A program made the translations under genes and the position numbers. This document shows positions 48,701-61,225 of a DNA stretch of 64,000 nt, piece by piece. Source of the DNA: Macrostomum hystrix (Eukaryota > Animalia > Platyhelminthes); contig CATNEN010000001.1 in NCBI GenBank assembly GCA_950097015.1, positions 18,166,001-18,230,000 on the forward strand. Reading direction: 5' to 3'. How positions within the stretch are numbered: the stretch's first letter is position 1; each line of letters opens with the position of its first letter. The notes below the pieces were generated by a model. It did not search any database. It worked only from the letters and a program-made list of their open reading frames with translations, and was not told where the DNA came from.

Positions 48701-51700
48701 CTCTCTCTGTCTCCGCTCTCTCCTTTCCGCTCTCTCCTTTCCGCTCTCTCTGTATCCGCTCTCTCCTTTCCGCTCTCTCCTTTCCGCCCTCTCCTTTCCG
48801 CTCTCTCCTTTCCGCTCTCTCCTTTCCGCTCTCTCTGTCTCCGCTCTCTCCTTTCCGCCCTCTCCTTTCCGCCCTCTCCTTTCCGCCCTCTCCTTTCCGC
48901 TCTCTCTGTCTCCGCCCTCTCCTTTCCGCTCTCTCTGTCTCCGCTCTCTCCTTTCCGCCCTCTCCTTTCCGCCCTCTCCTTTCCGCTCTCTCTGTCTCCG
49001 CCCTCTCCTTTCCGCTCTCTCCTTTCCGCTCTCTCTGTCTCCGCTCTCTCCTTTCCGCCCTCTCCTTTCCGCCCTCTCCTTTCCGCCCTCTCCTTTCCGC
49101 TCTCTCTGTCTCCGCCCTCTCCTTTCCGCTCTCTCTGTCTCCGCCCTCTCCTTTCCGCTCTCTCTGTCTCCGCTCTCTCCTTTCCGCCCTCTCCTTTCCG
49201 CCCTCTCCTTTCCGCCCTCTCCTTTCCGCTCTCTCTGTCTCCGCCCTCTCCTTTCCGCTCTCTCTGTCTCCGCTCTCTCCTTTCCGCTCTCTCTGTCTCC
49301 GCTCTCTCCTTTCCGCTCTCTCTGTCTCCGCCCTCTCCTTTCCGCTCTCTCTGTCTCCGCTCTCTCCTTTCCGCTCTCTCTGTCTCCGCTCTCTCCTTTC
49401 CGCTCTCTCCTTTCCGCTCTCTCCCAATCCGTTCTCTCATTAATCTCCCAGTTTTCTATCTCATCTCTCACAATAAACTTGTTTTTAACCTTCAATTGCC
49501 TTCCACTGAGCGTTGTAAAGTGCACATGTTGCCTGCGAGTATGAAATCTAAAAGGGTTCTAAAAATTCCTACATTTTCCGGCACTGCAGCCGGCGTTACA
49601 AGGTGTTGCACGGCAGGCATGCGATATAGAACTGATTCTGCTATATTCAGCGATGCCAATGGCTTGTTATAAACCTTAACAATTTCAAAAGTCATAAATT
49701 AGCTTTGCGTTTCTTAGAATATTTCAGACTAACAAAACAATATGCAGAGCCATGACATTTGCGAGGGGGGAGACAAAGAAGGTTCAGAAGCTAAGGACTA
49801 AAAAATCCTTTCGAGAAAAATGGGATAGGAATCAAGTTTGGGATTTAACTGAACTGAACAGAAGACCGAGTATTTGCAGGAGTTGGGTTGGCCCTCTTAA
49901 GCTGTTGATCTCCTAGGGGCAATTTTCTTGGAATTCTCTTTCTTGAAGGGCTTCAAACTGTTCGAATGATTTCACAGGCCATGGCAGTCAAAGCTGAGAT
50001 TAGAATCTGGGATGTGTATTTGGGGAGATATTTTAAATACCTTGGCAAATACCTGGCTGGCTGCCTGAGCGAGTCTGACTACATTTTTTGGGAAGTGTTC
50101 GGCTGCGAACGAAAATAAATATAGCACTTTTAGTAGGAATTTTAATGCGAATGTTGGCTAGATAAACACATGACCATTGGGAGAGGGGAAGGTGAGGCAG
50201 AGGGGAAGGTGAGGCAGAGGGGAAGGTGAGGCAGAGGGGAAGGTGAGGCAGAGGGGAAGGTGAGGCAGAGGGGAAGGTGAAGCAGAGGGGAAGGTGAGGC
50301 AGAGGGGAAGGTGAGGCAGAGGGGAAGGTGAGGCAGAGGGGAAGGTGAGGCAGATGGGAAGGTGAGGCAGAGGGGAAGGTGAAGCAGAGGGGAAGGTGAG
50401 GCAGAGGGGAAGGTGAGGCAGAGGGGAAGGTGAGGCAGAGGGGAAGGTGAGGCAGAGGGGAAGGTGAGGCAGAGGGGAAGGTGAGGCAGAGGGGAAGGTG
50501 AGGCAGAGGGGAAGGTGAGGCAGAGGGGGAAGGTGAGGCAGAGGGGAAGGTGAGGCAGAGGGGAAGGTGAGGCAGAGGGGAAGGTGAGGCAGAGGGGAAG
50601 TTGAGGCAGAGGGGAAGGTGAGGCAGAGGGGAAGGTGAGGCAGAGGGGAAGGGGAGGCAGAGGGGAGGGTGAGGCAGAGGGGAAGTTGAGGCAGAGGGGA
50701 AGTTGAGGCAGAGGGGGAAGGTGAGGCAGAGGGGATGGTGAGGCAGAGGGGAAGGTGATCTATTGTGGCCTTGTTAAATCCTCATTTGCATAAAGCAGAA
50801 AAGCAAGTGAGAACACCTGTGTATCATAATCTCTCACATCAAAGGTCATTCAGTGACTGACGCACCCATACTTAAATTACAATAAGCAACTAATTTTGAA
50901 AAGGGAAATTTAAATGCGTTGTGATGGACCTGTCCTAACAGGCAGTGTTAGATGTCCCATATTTTCCCAAATTGGAATTGGGAAGTTGTAATTGAAGTGA
51001 CATGGGTTCCAGGCAAAGCAATTGTGCAGCAACTGCAGGGAGACAAAATGCTCTCTGACTGGTTAAGAGTTGAGCACACGGGCTGACATATGATACTCTC
51101 ATTAGGCGATGTAAACTTGGAAAACTGGTGTGTGCTATTTTTTTGCGGGAAAAGAAACAAACTATATTATATTTCTCCAATATTCTGTTCCTACCAATGA
51201 GTTAATCGTTTAAATTAGTCTCGGAGATGTCAAGCACGCGTTCTTACCTCTCCTAGACTTCTTCGAAATCTTCAGTGAGGAGCCGTCATCTGATGTGACT
51301 GAATGACCTGCGTGCGAGGGTATGATTGCTAGCATTGTTGAAACAGCTTTTGCATCCCTGGTAATGAGTTGCAGTAAAAAAACTGCAGGGGGATCCCAAA
51401 ATATGACATTCAGATCCCAAAATGACATTCAGATCCCAAAATATGACATTCAGATCCCAAAATATGACATTCGGATCCCAAAATATGACATTCGGATCCC
51501 AAAATATGACATTCAGATCCCAAAATATGACATTCGGATCCCAAAATATGACATTCGGATCCCAAAATATGACATTCGGATCCCAAAATATGACATTCAG
51601 ATCCCAAAATATGACATTCGGATACCAAAATATGACATTCGGATCCCAAAATATGACATTCAGATCCCAAAATATGACATTCAGATCCCAAAATATGACA

Positions 51701-54507
51701 TTCGGATCCCAAAATATGACATTCGGATCCCAAAATATGACATTCAGATCCCAAAATATGACATTCGGATCCCAAAATATGACATTCGGATCCCAAAATA
51801 TGACATTCGGATCCCAAAATATGACATTCGGATCCCAAAATATGACATTCAGATCCCAAAATATGACATTCGGATCCCAAAATATGACATTCAGATCCCA
51901 AAATATGACATTCGGATCCCAAAATATGACATTCGGATCCCAAAATATGACATTCGGATCCCAAAATGACATTCGGATCCCAAAATGACATTCAGATCCC
52001 AAAATGACATTCAGATACCAAAATATGACATTCGGATCCTAAAATATGACATTCGGATCCCAAATTATGACATTCGGATCCCAAATTATGACATTCGGAT
52101 CCCAAAATATGACATTCAGATCCCAAAATGACGTTCAGATCCCAAAATGACGTTCAGATCCCAAAATGACATTCAGATCCCAAAATATGACATTCAGATC
52201 CCAAAATATGACATTCAGATCCCAAAATATGACATTCGGATCCTAAATTATGACATTCGGATCCCAAAATATGACATTCAGATCCCAAAATGACATTCAG
52301 ATCCCAAAATGACGTTCAGATCCCAAAATGACGTTCAGATCCCAAAATGACGTTCAGATCCCAAAATGACATTCAGATCCCAAAATATGACATTCAGATC
52401 CCAAAATGACATTCAGATCCCAAAATATGAGATTCAGATCCCAAAATGACACTCAAATCCCAAAAATACATTCAGCTCCCAAGCCATCTATATATTGGAC
52501 TCAGATCAGGTATAGAATATTGTACAGTGAAGTGAGCAAGCCATGCCTTGGCTATTAAAATATTCATTCACTCTATTGCATATTCAAAAGAATTGTGTCT
52601 GTGACAATAGCTGATGCAGCTGCATTGCAGTGCAATATAACCAAGAAAATTCCCACACAGCAGTAATGAATTAATAATTACAATGTGCAGCCGAATCCCG
52701 CTAGATAACTGAGTGCAGTGTAATTGTGCGAATGATTGGATTGTGTTCATCTTGCATCGCTTCACGTCTATTGGCTGACACCTGGTGAGCAAGCGGACAG
52801 TGATTGAGCAGGTGGACGGTGAAGGAGGGTGTGACTCAATGGTGGAGGGTGAAGGAGGGTGTGACTCAATGGTGGAGGGTGAAGGAGGGTGTGACTTAAT
52901 GGTGGAGGGTGAAGGAGGGTGTGACTCAATGGTGGAGGGTGAAGGAGGGTGTGACTCAATGGTGGAGGGTGAAGGAGGGTGTGACTCTAAGGTGGAGGGT
53001 GAAGGAGGGTGTGACTCAATGGTGGAGGGTGAAGGAGGGTGTGACTCAATGGTGGAGGGTGAAGGAGGGTGTGACTCAATGGTGGAGGGTGAAGGAGGGT
53101 GTGACTCTATGGTGGAGGGTGAAGGAGGGTGTGACTCAATGGTGGAGGGTGAAGGAGGGTGTGACTCAATGGTGGAGGGTGAAGGAGGGTGTGACTCAAT
53201 GGTGGAGGGTGAAGGAGGGTGTGACTCAATGGTGGAGGGTGAAGGAGGGTGTGACTCAATGGTGGAGGGTGAAGGAGGGTGTGACTCTATGGTGGAGGGT
53301 GAAGGAGGGTGTGACTCAATGGTGGAGGGTGAAGGAGGGTGTGACTCAATGGTGGAGGGTGAAGGAGGGTGTGACTCTATGGTGGAGGGTGAAGGAGGGT
53401 GTGACTCTATGGTGGAGGGTGAAGGAGGGTGTGACTCTATGGTGGAGGGTGAAGGAGGGTGTGACTCTATGGTGGAGGGTGAAGGAGGGTGTGACTCTAT
53501 GGTGGAGGGTGAAGGAGGGTGTGACTCTATGGTGGAGGGTGAAGGAGGGTGTGACTCTATGGTGGAGGGTGAAGGAGGGTGTGACTCTATGGTGGAGGGT
53601 GAAGGAGGGTGTGACTCTATGGTGGAGGGTGAAGGAGGGTGTGACTCTAAGGTGGAGGGTGAAGGAGGGTTTGTCACGAGAATTACACTTTTTATTTAAA
53701 AATTCTAAACAACAAACTGAAATACTTGGCAGCAGAAAATCATAAATCAACATCGATAACTAAACAATGGGGTTTAAAAAATAATTTAGCATTCTTCAAT
53801 ATTGCAAGCATAGTTTTTAGCTACTGGTTTATAGCTGAAGTCAACAAAGCTTATAACAATCAAACAAAATGAGTTTTTCGTGACTCGTGGTGCACAGTTT
53901 ATAATAGCTTAAACACTTTTTCATATTGTATACATTTATAGAAGAGATGAATAACTTTTCTTCTTTGTGACCGGTTGAGCTAAAATATGATGACACGCAC
54001 ATGCTTACAAATAAGAAGTTGGAACATGGCTTTTGATTGTCTTTGTTCTACAATCACCGATCGTGCTGTAGCCCCGTGCGGTTTGATTTGCCTTGCAAAA
54101 GCTTTATAAATTTTCACCTTGGCTGCCTGGTTACTAAACTCACCTGCGGACTTTGTCCCGGCATCGTCCGATGAGCCGACGACCTGCAGCTGCAGCTGCT
54201 GCTGCGGCGCCTCGGCCGCGGACATCCTGGCTGAGGAAAAGTCTGCTGCTGCCGCTGCTGCTGCCGCTGCTGCTGCCGCTGCCGCTGCCATTGCCTCGTG
54301 ATGATGATGATGCTGACTGTGCTGCTGCTGCTGCTGATGGTGATGCTGCTGCTGAGGCTGCTGCATCAGGTAATGATGTTGGAGATGAGGTGGTTGCTGA
54401 TGCTGCTGCAGCTGATAGTTCTGCAGGTAGGAGCCATTGTGAATCTGATGCTGCTGCTGCTGATGGTGATGATGATGCATTGGCAGATGCTGCTGATGCT
54501 GCTGCAT
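40610..54507 (-). CDS. Pax6: Paired box protein Pax-6. Exons 54507-54144, 45584-45238, 43010-~42581, ~41668-41361, 40996-40610
   Basis: Paired domain [23 protein letters not shown]...[12 protein letters not shown]; Pax6 linker motif [10 protein letters not shown]; homeodomain [17 protein letters not shown]...HYPDVFARE...RIQ|[15 protein letters not shown]; poly-Q/H/A termini; phase-consistent splice sites. Confidence 0.95.
42085..42330 (-). mobile_element. SINE-like repeat, copy 2 (Pax6 intron)
   Basis: Reverse complement of 47600-47795 and of 37120-37235. Confidence 0.65.
43150..43950. repeat. 17-bp purine-rich minisatellite (gaggagacagaggggaa)n
   Basis: Tandem copies. Confidence 0.95.
44640..45210. 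repeat. 20-bp minisatellite (agagtcaggaggtgagaagg)n
   Basis: Tandem copies. Confidence 0.95.
45590..45905. repeat. 21-bp minisatellite (gatttgggggcggattcctgt)n abutting the paired-box exon acceptor
   Basis: Tandem copies run up to the CAG acceptor at 45585-45587. Confidence 0.9.
46460..46920. repeat. 16-bp minisatellite (gtgtctcatctctccc)n
   Basis: Tandem copies. Confidence 0.95.
47590..47795 (+). mobile_element. SINE-like repeat, copy 3
   Basis: ccaaggcacagtgagagtgtacactgcctgacgatgagaaagt...ctggctgcgggtctagtgtcaccaa is shared with copy 2. Confidence 0.65.
48435..49425. repeat. 14/15-bp pyrimidine-rich compound minisatellite (ctctcctttccgct / ctctctgtctccgct)
   Basis: Tandem copies. Confidence 0.95.
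50183..50757. repeat. 17-bp minisatellite (gaggggaaggtgaggca)n
   Basis: Tandem copies. Confidence 0.95.
51392..52465. repeat. 21/19-bp minisatellite (gatcccaaaatatgacattcr)n
   Basis: Tandem copies. Confidence 0.95.
52812..53670. repeat. 30-bp minisatellite (gtgactcaatggtggagggtgaaggagggt)n
   Basis: Tandem copies. Confidence 0.95.
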
Positions 54508-54794
54508 CCTTGTTCTTTGCCTTTTTTCTAACTTATTCCTCTAATAATGTTTGATATCCACTTGAGTACAGTGAAACCGCTCGAGTCAGGTCCGGTGGAC
54601 TGAACAAAAAATCAGAAAACTGGTGAGGCAAGCCAACACAAACAAGGTCTCAAAGTGTGCTCAACTGAGCAAGCGGATGCAAGCAGGAAATATTTAGCCG
54701 GGCTGACAGAATCACACGGCACTGAGTGTGTAATCTATTATCTATTACTAAGCAGGCAAGCTGCAAGGCCCAACTGAATCGAGAGCGGTCAAAG

Positions 54795-54900
54795 CCCTGA
54801 CCAATGAGAGGGCGCCTGTGTCCTACCCAATGGGGCGGCTGCTGTGATGTGAGGAGGAAGGAGAGGGCGGGAGAGAGAGCGAGAGCAGGGGCGGCTGCTG
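54795..54900 (-). promoter_or_regulatory. Candidate Pax6 proximal promoter (two CCAAT boxes and GC boxes)
   Basis: ccaat at 54801 and 54827 plus three gggcgg motifs, ~300 bp upstream of the first ATG. Motif-level evidence only. Confidence 0.3.
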
Positions 54901-55544
54901 TGACCCAACCAAATTTGCCGCTCCACTGATTTCTAAGGCTATAGACGCGAACATTTCCGCGACCTCCGCCCGCTCAGGCAGTCGGCATTTGAAAAACTTC
55001 AAGATGGTGGTAGGAGGAAGGCTTCTTTGTCCCTCGTACCTCCCTCCCCACATCCGACGACACATGCTGAGCAGTCCGCGAGGTGCAAACCCTGAATAAA
55101 CAGGAGCAATGGCAGGGCAATAGACTTGGCAACTGCTGCTGTGGAAGCATCATCTTTCTGGAAGACCCTCGGGCCATTTTCCTGCTGAAATTTTGAACCG
55201 ATTTTTTAGTTGAATAATAGAAGGCCCGCCATTATCAGGTGCTACCTGCCTGCGACATTGCACAATGACACCGCGAGTGAGGCAGCTGTCAACTTGTCAG
55301 GCTTCGTTCTCAGCAAAGACTTCAATTATTCTGTAGCTTTGGAATTGCGTCACCGCTGCGGTTCAGTGTAAAATGTCATCCGAGTATAACTGATTCTGCT
55401 GACATTCGATTCACTATTCTCTGTAGTCTTTTTTATTGTTAACTTATTCACAATCCAGAAACTTCAGAAACTTAAAACACCCGAATCTTCACATAATTGT
55501 GGTCTTCACATAGCCCGAAACTTCGCGAAGATCCGAATATTTAC

Positions 55545-56640
55545 AGAGTACCCGAATCTTCTCAGAATCTCCGAATCTTCACAGAACCCGAATCTTCACA
55601 GAATCTCCGAATCTTCACAGAACCCGAATCTTCACAGAATCTCCGAATCTTCACAGAACCCGAATCTTCACAGAATCTCCGAATCTTCACAGAATCTCCG
55701 AATCTTCACAGAATCTCCGAATCTTCACAGAACCCGAATCTTCACAGAATCTCCGAATCTTCACAGAACCCGAATCTTCACAGAATCTCCGAATCTTCAC
55801 AGAATCCCCGAATCTTCACAGAATCCACGAATCTTCACAGAATCCCCGAATCTTCACAGAATCTCCGAATCTTCACAGAAACCGAATCTTCACAGAATCC
55901 CCGAATCTTCACAGAATCCCCGAATCTTCACAGAATCCCCGAATCTTCACAGAATCCCCGAATCTTCACAGAATCCCCGAATCTTCACAGAACCCGAATC
56001 TTCACAGAATCCACGAATCTTCACAGAATCCCCGAATCTTCACAGAACCCGAATCTTCACAGAATCTCCGAATCTTCACAGAACCCGAATCTTCACAGAA
56101 TCTCCGAATCTTCACAGAATCCCCGAATCTTCACAGAATCCACGAATCTTCACAGAATCCCCGAATCTTCACAGAATCTCCGAATCTTCACAGAAACCGA
56201 ATCTTCACAGAATCCCCGAATCTTCACAGAATCCCCGAATCTTCACAGAATCCCCGAATCTTCACAGAATCCCCGAATCTTCACAGAATCCCCGAATCTT
56301 CACAGAACCCGAATCTTCACAGAATCCACGAATCTTCACAGAATCCCCGAATCTTCACAGAACCCGAATCTTCACAGAATCCCCGAATCTTCACAGAATC
56401 CACGAATCTTCACAGAATCCCCGAATCTTCACAGAATCCACGAATCTTCACAGAATCCCCGAATCTTCACAGAACCCGAATCTTCACAGAATCCCCGAAT
56501 CCTCACAGAATCTCTGAATCTTCACAGAATCCCCGAATCTTCACAGAATCCACGAATCTTCACAGAATCCCCGAATCTTCACAGAACCCGAATCTTCACA
56601 GAATCCCCGAATCCTCACAGAATCTCTGAATCTTCACAAA
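55545..56640. repeat. 17-19-bp minisatellite (cgaatcttcacagaatccc)n
   Basis: Tandem copies. Confidence 0.95.
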
Positions 56641-57280
56641 ACTCGAACCTTTGCAAACCTGAAATATTTTATTTAATAAACAGAAAACTAAATTCCAGAA
56701 CATTCGGGTTCGCCAATCATTACCAACAGCACAATGACATATTGGCCATCACACTCGCAGTTGTCTCTCGTCCCCAACTGTGTCACGAATGCTCCTTAGT
56801 CGCCGCAGAAATTGTTGCTATGCAGGATTGCCCCACATCATTGCTCCAAAAACTTTCTCCCATCATAATTGGGGCGACTATTAAAGAGAAAAAAACAAAA
56901 TTCCAAATCTCCCACGCGGGGAAACTTGCTCGAGGCGCGGGGAATCATGCCGCTTTCAAAGAAACTGCTAATTGCTTTGCGGAGGGGGGTTTTTCTTCCC
57001 GTTGATTCTAGCGGCAATTCTTTGATTATAGAACACTAAGTGGCCTCACTGCCAGGCTACCAAAATCTTGCTCAAAGCATCCACGAAGGCACAGGCGGAA
57101 CCCGCTGGCCGAGCCGCCCTGCCAACCCCGCGAGCGAAAAGCTGAGTTATACAGAACAGAACAGCACAGCACAGCGGGTGACAGACAATCAGAATCTAAT
57201 CTAGTAATTAACTGTTGCCAGCCAGGGCATAGAAACTAGCAGACTGCTCCGCCACTAGAACTTCAATACCATGCTTACAA

Positions 57281-58070
57281 CCTATCTCACCCTGGCCTCA
57301 TCCATCTCACCCTGGCCTCATCTATCTCACCCTGATCTCATCTATCTCACCCTGGCCTCATCCATCTCACCCTGGCCTCATCTATCTCACCCTGATCTCA
57401 TCTATCTCACCCTGGCCTCATCCATCTCACCCTGGCCTTATCCATCTCACCCTGATCTCATCTATCTCACCCTGGCCTCATCTATCTCACCCTGGCCTCA
57501 TCTATCTCACCCTGATCTCATCTATCTCACCCTGATCTCATTAATCTCACCCTGATCTCATCTATCTCACCCTGATCTCATCTATCTCACCCTGATCTCA
57601 TCTATCTCACCCTGATCTCATTAATCTCACCCTGGCCTCATCTATCTCACCCTGATCTCATCTATCTCACCCTGATCTCATCTATCTCACCCTGGCCTCA
57701 TCCATCTCACCCTGGCCTCATCCATCTTACCCTGGCCTCATCTATCTCACCCTGGCCTCATCTATCTCACCCTGGCCTCATCTATCTCACCCTGATCTCA
57801 TCTATCTCACCCTGATCTCATTAATCTCACCCTGATCTCATCTATCTCACCCTGATCTCATCTATCTCACCCTGATCTCATCTATCTCACCCTGATCTCA
57901 TTAATCTCACCCTGGCCTCATCTATCTCACCCTGATCTCATCTATCTCACCCTGATCTCATCTATCTCACCCTGGCCTCATCTATCTCACCCTGGCCTCA
58001 TCCATCTCACCCTGATCTCATCTATCTCACCCTGATCTCATCCATCTCACCCTGATCTCATCTATCTCAC
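57281..58070. repeat. 20-bp minisatellite (tctatctcaccctgatctca)n
   Basis: Tandem copies. Confidence 0.95.
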
Positions 58071-58624
58071 AGCTGTATAAGCGCACGCAGTCCGTGCACA
58101 GCTGTCGCGTGAAGACTGCATTATCACACAGGTGCAGTGGGTCATGTGGGCTCGAGTGCCCTACTGTGCTGGTGCTTTCCTGGTCTGTTCCAACCGCTGT
58201 TTGATTATTTGTTTAATCTGCGCTGCGTCAGAATGCACTCCGCAATGGCAGTAGATAGCAGCGGCAGAAATATGAGGGATTTTTTGCAGATCATCGTCTA
58301 ATTCCTCATCAGATTTGCTTTCTACCAATGTCCTTGCTATACAACACTTTACTGGCCCTTGTGTTTCCCACGATTTGCTGCAAGAACAATATTACTGCAC
58401 CATGGAAATGATTATATTATGGGCATTGGCTAACACTCCACAGGATTATATAGGATTTTCAAGGATCCCATTTTGTGGGAGAATTAACTTCGCCGCACTT
58501 ATCATACAAATGATTTGGTGCGTGTATATTGTTATTAGGGGAAATCTATGCGGCAGAACACTCACTCTCACATCCCATTGCTTCACATCAGCGCTTGATG
58601 CAACCTCTGCTGCTCGAATATCAG

Positions 58625-59232
58625 TGAGGGTGAGATTGACATTGTGAGAGGGTGAGATTGACATTGTGAGAGGGTGAGATTGACATTGTGAGAGGGTGAG
58701 ATTGACATTGTGAGAGGGTGAGATTGAAATTGTGAGAGGGTGAGATAGATACTGTGAGACAGAAAGTGTGAGAGAGTGAGACAGAAAGTGTGAGAGAGTG
58801 AGACAGAAAGTGTGAGAGAGTGAGACAGAAAGTGTGAGAGAGTGAGACAGAAAGTGTGAGAGAGTGAGACAGAAAGTGTGAGAGAGTGAGACAGAAAGTG
58901 TGAGAGAGTGAGACAGAAAGTGTGAGAGAGTGAGACAGAAAGTGTGAGAGAGTGAGACAGAAAGTGTGAGAGAGTGAGACAGAAAGTGTGAGAGAGTGAG
59001 ACAGAAAGTGTGAGAGAGTGAGACAGAAAGTGTGAGAGAGTGAGAAAGAAAGTGTGAGAGAGTGAGACAGAAAGTGTGAGAGAGTGAGACAGAAAGTGTG
59101 AGAGAGTGAGACAGAAAGTGTGAGAGAGTGAGACAGAAAGTGTGAGAGAGTGAGAAAGAAAGTGTGAGATAGTGAGACAGAAAGTGTGAGAGGTTGAGAA
59201 AGAAAGTGTGAGTGAGTGAGACAGAAAGTGTG
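58625..59232. repeat. 22-bp compound minisatellite: (gagagggtgagattgacattgt)n then (gtgagacagaaagtgtgagaga)n
   Basis: Tandem copies. Confidence 0.93.
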
Positions 59233-59519
59233 AGGGTTCTATCAGAAAGACTCACAGAAGTAAGACAAGTGTGTTTAAGTTGTCTGTGCATTAAAGATCT
59301 TTGAGAGCTACATAGACTGCTCTTTGTTGTAACGAATGACCGATATGTTTACATTATACAAAATCAAGTTCAGCTTGTTTATTCAAATCTTAATGCAAAA
59401 AATCTCACTCACTTGAATATAAGTCGTTTTAGCGAGCAGCTTACACAGGATAAATAGCTTTACCTTGGTGTTTTTCATGGCATGACAGGTCTGGTATGAT
59501 CTATACGTGCCATGGTATG

Positions 59520-61225
59520 AGTGTGCGGGTCATGACAGGAGTGAGTGGGTCATGACAGGAGTGTGTGGGTCATGACAGGAGTGTGTGGGTCATGACAGGA
59601 GTGAGTGGGTATGACAGGAGTGTGTGGGTCATGACAGGAGTGTGTGGGTATGACAGGAGTGTGTGGGTCATGACAGGAGTGTGTGGGTCATGACAGGAGT
59701 GTGTGGGTCATGACTGGAGTGTGTGGGTCATGACAGGAGTGTGTGGGTCACGGCAGGAGTGTGTGGGTCATGACAGGAGTGTGTGGGTCATGACAGGAGT
59801 GTGTGGGTCATGACAGGAGTGTGTGGGTCATGACAGGAGAGTTTGGGTCATGACAGGAGTGTGTGGGTCATGACAGGAGTGTGTGGGTATGACAGGAGTG
59901 TGTGGGTATGACAGGAGTGTGTGGGTCATGACAGGAGTGTGTGGGTCATGACAGGAGAGTTTGGGTCATGACAGGAGTGTGTGGGTCATGACAGGAGTGA
60001 GTGGGTCATGACAGGAGTGTGTGGGTCATGACAGGAGTGTGTGGGTCATGACAGCAGTGTGTGGGTCATGACAGGAGTGTGTGGGTCATGACAGGAGAGT
60101 TTGGGTCATGACAGGAGTGTGTGGGTCATGACAGGAGTGTGTGGGTCATGACAGGAGTGTGTGGGCCATGACAGGAGTGTGTGGGTCATGACAGGAGTGT
60201 GTGGGTCATGACAGGAGTGTGTGGGTCATGACAGGAGTGTGTGGGTCATGACAGCAGTGTGTGGGTCATGACAGGAGTGTGTGGGTCATGACAGGAGAGT
60301 TTGGGTCATGACAGGAGTGTGTGGGTCATGACAGGAGTGTGTGGGTCATGACAGGAGTGTGTGGGTCATGACAGGAGTGTGTGGGTCATGACAGGAGTGT
60401 GTGGGTCATGACAGGAGTGTGTGGGTCATGACTGGAGTGTGTGGGTCATGACAGGAGTGTGTGGGTCACGGCAGGAGTGTGTGGGTCATGACAGGAGTGA
60501 GTGGGTATGACAGCAGTGTGTGGGTATGACAGGAGTGTGTGGGTCATGACAGGAGTGAGTGGGTATGACAGGAGTGAGTGGGTATGACAGGAGTGTGTGG
60601 GTCATGACAGGAGTGTGTGGGTCATGACAGGAGTGAGTGGGTCATGACAGGAGTGAGTGGGTATGACAGGAGTGTGTGGGTCATGATAGGAGTGTGTGGG
60701 TCATGACAGGAGTGAGTGGGTATGACAGGAGTGTGTGGGTCATGACAGGAGTGAGTGGGTCATGACAGGAGTGTGTGGGTCATGACAGGAGTGTGTGGGT
60801 CATGACAGGAGTGTGTGGGTATGACAGGAGTGTGTGGGTCATGACAGGAGTGTGTGGGTATGACAAGAGTGTGTGGGTCATGACAGGAGTGAGTGGGTAT
60901 GACGGGAGTGTGCGGGTCATGACAGGAGTGTGTGGGTCATGACAGGAGTGAGTGGGTATGACAGGAGTGTGTGGGTCATGACAGGAGTGAGTGGGTATGA
61001 CAGGAGTGTGTGGGTCATGACAGGAGTGAGTGGGTATGACAGGAGTGTGTGGGTCATGACAGGAGTGAGTGGGTATGACAGGAGTGTGTGGGTCATGACA
61101 GGAGTGTGTGGGTCATGACAGGAGTGAGTGGGTATGACAGGAGTGTGTGGGTCATGACAGGAGTGTGTGGGTCATGACAGGAGTGAGTGGGTCATGACAG
61201 GAGTGTGCGGGTCATGACAGGAGAG
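59520..61225. repeat. 20/19-bp minisatellite (gtgggtcatgacaggagtgt)n
   Basis: Tandem copies. Confidence 0.95.
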
